Shown here one piece after another: positions 39,916-43,173 of a stretch of DNA of 43,173 nucleotides; position 1 is the first letter of the stretch, and every line of letters begins with the position of its first letter. The notes beneath the pieces are model-generated. The model did no database searches, was not told the origin of the DNA, and saw only the letters and a program-made list of their open reading frames with translations. Position numbers and translations under genes: made by a program. Source of the DNA: Chloroflexota bacterium (GTDB taxonomy: Bacteria; Chloroflexota; Dehalococcoidia; Lucifugimonadales; Lucifugimonadaceae); NCBI GenBank assembly GCA_002730795.1, contig PCAX01000017.1, positions 30,866 to 74,038 of the forward strand, given 5' to 3'.

Positions 39916-41154
39916 TTAATTTTTGTTAGGCAATTTTTCAAAAGTGATTTTAAAAACAGATGGCCAAACGATGATAGACAGTAATGTTCCAAAGATACCC
40001 ATTATGGAAGGAATAATTATCATTTGTTTCACTCCAAATGATTCGGCTAACCAACCTGAAAAAACCAAGCCTATGGGTAGGCCATAAATAGCAAGTGCTC
40101 GCAGACCCATGATGCGACCTCTGGTCGCATCAGGTGATAAACGAATAAGTGAACTGATCATCGCTACAAAAGTAACACCTCCTGCTACGCCCCAACCTAA
40201 CAGTAAAATCATTGTCAAAACCAGAGAATTCGAAAATATCATGGTTAAGCCCAGTAGATGCCAAATTATCGATCCGATAATTATGGTATACCCGGGTTTA
40301 TGAAATTGTCTGTTTGAAGCAACTATCAATGCGCCAGTCAGTGTACCCAATGAAATAACGCTGGCTAACAGGCCAGTTCCAGTGGCCCCTAGATAAAAAA
40401 ATTCTTTGGCAAAAACTGCTATCATTCCGTTTACGAGTGGAAAAACCGTCATTTCAACCATAAAAGAGAAAAATATTAGCACTTGGATTTTTTTATTGAT
40501 TTTCACTTCATGAACCCCTATTTTGAGATTTTTGAAAATGTTGTTGAAAGCGGTGGTTATCTGTGTTGGTTTGTTTATTTTGATTGCTGCCCAAATAGCC
40601 AAGATATTTACTCCTGCAATGGTGACGTATACCCAAACGATTCCAAAAAGTTCCAGTATAAGTCCTCCCATAGCAAAACTTATAACTCTAGAAGCATCTA
40701 AAGTTGACCTAGAAATACCCAGTGCTCCATGCAAATTATCAGAGGGTACCGAATCGGCCGTTAGCGACTGGATAACTAGAAGGTCGAGTGTTCTTAGTAT
40801 GCTCCCAAGTGACACGAGTATGTAAATATGCCATATTTCTAGTTTATAAATGATCATTATCATCAAAAACATTAGTGAGACAGAAAAACCGAAATATCGA
40901 ACAATTAACTGTAGTGTCTTTCTATTAAATTTGTCTACAAAAACTCCAAATAAAGGAGCAAGGAAATTTCCGCCGAATTTAAGAGCGCTGATAGCTGCTA
41001 CGTGGAAAGGCGATCCAGTTGTTTGGAAAACATAAATGGCAAGCACTATCATTTCCATTTCCGAACCAAACAGGCTTAACCCTTCCGACAACCAAACATA
41101 ACGGAAATTTTTGTATTTGAATATTTTTATAGGAGATTGAAAAAATATATTCAT
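39916..41154 (-). CDS. MFS transporter (12 TM; N-terminus resembles the EntS/DHA3-like 'FR.VW....LS..G' group)
   Basis: 412 aa and uniformly hydrophobic with ~12 helices. 'YKNFRYVWLSEGLSLFGSEM' at the N-terminus and 'FVDKFNRK' in loop 2-3. Confidence 0.8.
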   Translation of the reverse strand: MNIFFQSPIKIFKYKNFRYVWLSEGLSLFGSEMEMIVLAIYVFQTTGSPFHVAAISALKFGGNFLAPLFGVFVDKFNRKTLQLIVRYFGFSVSLMFLMIMIIYKLEIWHIYILVSLGSILRTLDLLVIQSLTADSVPSDNLHGALGISRSTLDASRVISFAMGGLILELFGIVWVYVTIAGVNILAIWAAIKINKPTQITTAFNNIFKNLKIGVHEVKINKKIQVLIFFSFMVEMTVFPLVNGMIAVFAKEFFYLGATGTGLLASVISLGTLTGALIVASNRQFHKPGYTIIIGSIIWHLLGLTMIFSNSLVLTMILLLGWGVAGGVTFVAMISSLIRLSPDATRGRIMGLRALAIYGLPIGLVFSGWLAESFGVKQMIIIPSIMGIFGTLLSIIVWPSVFKITFEKLPNKN

Positions 41155-41223
41155 ATCAATTACGTTGAGTGATCAAAATTAGATCAAACTAATTATTAAA
41201 GTTCAGAGCAAAATTTCAGTATG

Positions 41224-42411
41224 TCAATTTACGATATATGGTTGTAATTTGTTTTCATCGATCATGATTCCTAAACCAGGGGCATCAGGAAGTGTGAATT
41301 TCCCATCAGAATATTTCCACACAGTAGTGGCTGAATCTTGAAGTATGGCCGCCAGGCCGCCTTGAAATTCCTGAAGATATTTTGGTGATGAAACGGTAGC
41401 ACATTGGAGGGTAGCCGCCTGAAAAATTGAAATACCGTTACCCATGTGAGGTGTAACAGGTATATTTTTTTTGTAAGCCATGTTCCGTTGTATTAGGAAA
41501 TCTGATATTCCTGTTCGTCCAATGTCTGGTTGATAAACGTCGAGTGCTCTGGGGGAATCGATCCATGGTTCGATTTGGTAATGAGTTCTGAAATGTTCTC
41601 CTAATGCTATTGGAGACCCTGGTTCTTTTACCAGGAATCTATGACCTGATATATTTTCGGGTTGTAATGGACATTCATAGAAAGATACTCCTCGATTACC
41701 AAATTCCAGTTTTGCTTTGACCCCGGCCTCATATCCGGCCATCCACAGATTGTCTACCATCCATTCTTCAATATTTGGAACATTAGATTGTAGAATATCC
41801 AATTCCGCCAAGTCCTGCTCAATGTTTCCGGTTAAGAAAATTTTGAAACCTTGAATGCCTGAATCCACCCATTTTTTTGCTTCATCGATACGTTCAGTGA
41901 CAGTAGATTTTCTGATTCCTGATAAGTATACGGGTATCTTCTTTCTAGGAGATTGAACGCCGAATAAGAAACACGACGGGGTTTTTTCTCTGTTCCCCAA
42001 AGCGTCCCAAATACCTATGTCTAGCATGGCCAGAGTATCTAGCCAGTATCCCGAGGAATATCCTCGACCTCTTTGAGAATCGTAAAGGAAATTCCACAAT
42101 TCATACGGATCCTGAAATTCTTTACCTTCAACCATTTGTTTGATAATACCATCCACTATAACCTTTGTTACTTCTGGTCCTATTGGACAGTTTGTTTCTC
42201 CCCAACCGACGCTTCCATCAGTCATTTCAACTTTCAATACAGCTGTTTCTACTTTAGTCGCGTATACTGTTTGCCATCCTGACCTGAACTCAAACCGGTC
42301 TGAAAAATTTTCTTTTTCAGTTGTTCTATATTCTTCCCAATACGATTTTTCGTTGGGAAATTTCAAATGATAAGCATCAATATTTTTGATGTTGAAATTT
42401 AATTTATGCAT
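41224..42411 (-). CDS. Enolase-superfamily (mandelate racemase/muconate lactonizing enzyme) protein, second and divergent paralog
   Basis: 'GWGE', 'LAMLDIGIWDALG......FLFG', 'FK.FL', 'EW.VDNLW', 'YECP' and 'ALGEH' fit the capping and barrel domains. The long N-terminal extension before the capping domain is reminiscent of rhamnonate-dehydratase-type members. Confidence 0.72.
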   Translation of the reverse strand: MHKLNFNIKNIDAYHLKFPNEKSYWEEYRTTEKENFSDRFEFRSGWQTVYATKVETAVLKVEMTDGSVGWGETNCPIGPEVTKVIVDGIIKQMVEGKEFQDPYELWNFLYDSQRGRGYSSGYWLDTLAMLDIGIWDALGNREKTPSCFLFGVQSPRKKIPVYLSGIRKSTVTERIDEAKKWVDSGIQGFKIFLTGNIEQDLAELDILQSNVPNIEEWMVDNLWMAGYEAGVKAKLEFGNRGVSFYECPLQPENISGHRFLVKEPGSPIALGEHFRTHYQIEPWIDSPRALDVYQPDIGRTGISDFLIQRNMAYKKNIPVTPHMGNGISIFQAATLQCATVSSPKYLQEFQGGLAAILQDSATTVWKYSDGKFTLPDAPGLGIMIDENKLQPYIVN

Positions 42412-42832
42412 GACATATCATATTTTTCCAATTAGTACTCATAGTAATTTCTAGGTGTTTTTATTAGTGATTATTCTAGAGTGAAATCAAGTCTAAAATA
42501 TACATAATGTCCTCACGAAAAACTAATTAATCAATATCAAATGTAATTCTTAAACGGAATTTGAATAATCAGTTATGTGCTCACACTAACATTGTAAAAT
42601 ATCCGGTATTAGATAATCGGGAATAAAATTTTTGCTGGTTTTACATTTAATTAATCCTTTTAAAGGTGTAACTACGATTGACATTTTAGATCAAAAACTG
42701 GTACGTTTAGTTAGTTTCCTAGGGTTATTTATACCCCTACGGGGTTGTTGATGTGATCTATCCGAGACGCTAGCGCGCTGGCAGATCCATAACCAGCAAC
42801 TATATTTGAACCGCAACTGGAGGGTTGCCTTA

Positions 42833-43173
42833 ATGAAAATTACACAAAAGATGCGATGGACTGCTGGTCTTGTTGCGTTAGGTATCATGTTTGCTGTGAC
42901 TGCGGTTGCTTGTGGTGGAACGGCGGCCGACGCGCCAAAAGCAGCAGCAGAACCTGCAGCACCTGCAGCAGCAGCAGCACCTGCAGCACCTGAAAAAGGT
43001 GCAGCAGCAGAAGCACCTGCAGCAGCAGCAGCAGCGAAGAAGGGTGCAGCAGCAGCAGCACCTGAAGCAGCAGCAGCAGCGAAGAAGGGTGCAGCAGCAG
43101 AAGCGCCCGCTACGGCTACCGCCGCTCCAAAATCGAGTTCGTCAGCCGCAGCACCAGCTGCAGTTACTGGTGG
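42833..43173 (+). CDS. Lipoprotein with Ala/Pro/Lys-rich repeat linker (probably the N-terminus of a solute-binding or other exported protein); 3' end lies outside the window
   Basis: ATG at 42833 preceded by GGAGGG. The signal peptide 'MKITQKMRWTAGLVALGIMFAVTAVAC' ends in a lipobox-like A-V-A-C. This is followed by 'GGTAADAPKAAAEPAAPAAAAAPAAPEKGAAAEAPAAAAAAKKGAAAAAPEAAAAAKKGAAAEAPATATAAPKSSSSAAAPAAVTGG'. The frame stays open to the window edge, so it is absent from the ORF track. Confidence 0.75.
   Translation, partial: MKITQKMRWTAGLVALGIMFAVTAVACGGTAADAPKAAAEPAAPAAAAAPAAPEKGAAAEAPAAAAAAKKGAAAAAPEAAAAAKKGAAAEAPATATAAPKSSSSAAAPAAVTG
42941..43108 (+). repeat. GCA-rich coding low-complexity tract with a 45-nt tandem unit
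   Basis: The 25-mer GCAGCGAAGAAGGGTGCAGCAGCAG occurs at 43031-43055 and again at 43076-43100 (period 45 nt = 15 aa). The surrounding sequence is (GCA)n interspersed with CCT/GAA. Local GC is far above the window average. Confidence 0.8.

Noticed and set aside
42691-42888. 65-aa minus-strand ORF in the track, overlapping the lipoprotein start
   Set aside because: The opposite strand carries a far better gene model (Shine-Dalgarno, signal peptide, lipobox, open to the window edge). The minus ORF product has no features.
42941-43108. Regularly spaced GCAGCAGCA repeats that could be mistaken for a CRISPR array or non-coding microsatellite
   Set aside because: The period is 3 nt, or 45 nt for the larger unit, and it is in frame with an upstream signal peptide. 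There is no repeat-spacer architecture and no cas genes. It is coding low complexity.

Overview
This 43.2-kb window is a densely packed piece of an AT-rich bacterial chromosome (roughly 38-40% GC by eye). I call about 45 CDS and one tRNA. It uses the standard bacterial code, since TAA, TAG and TGA all end well-conserved genes.

Most of the window is housekeeping:
- TCA cycle: sucCD.
- Replication and repair: polA, ligA.
- Translation: lysS, serS, tyrS, pth, the infC-rpmI-rplT operon, tsaD, rsmD and tRNA-Ser(UGA).
- Cofactors: coaD, ribF, ctaA/ctaB.
- Aromatic amino-acid genes: class-I DAHP synthase, AroH-type chorismate mutase and an orphan trpA.
- Proteostasis: ftsH.

There are two accessory-looking blocks:
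- 0.2-6.2 kb holds an amidase, an SDR, two tandem hydroxypyruvate-isomerase-like TIM barrels, pgpA and two tandem alpha/beta hydrolases.
- 37.1-42.4 kb holds an apparent non-phosphorylative acid-sugar catabolic module: two enolase-superfamily enzymes, an MFS transporter and an HpcH/HpaI aldolase.

The window ends in a partial lipoprotein gene whose mature N-terminus is a GC-rich (GCA)n-encoded Ala/Pro/Lys repeat linker. It stands out sharply from the surrounding composition.

I found no CRISPR array, transposase, integrase, phage genes, toxin-antitoxin pair or recognisable defence genes. I cannot honestly point to a clear new 'system'. The observations most worth a second look are:
- Gene-start anomalies: the polA N-terminus with no canonical start, rsmD with an in-frame TAA, and infC with an ATA start.
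- The acid-sugar module of unknown substrate.
- The repeat-linker lipoprotein and its GC-rich leader.

All functional calls come from motif recognition in the supplied translations. No database search was possible.
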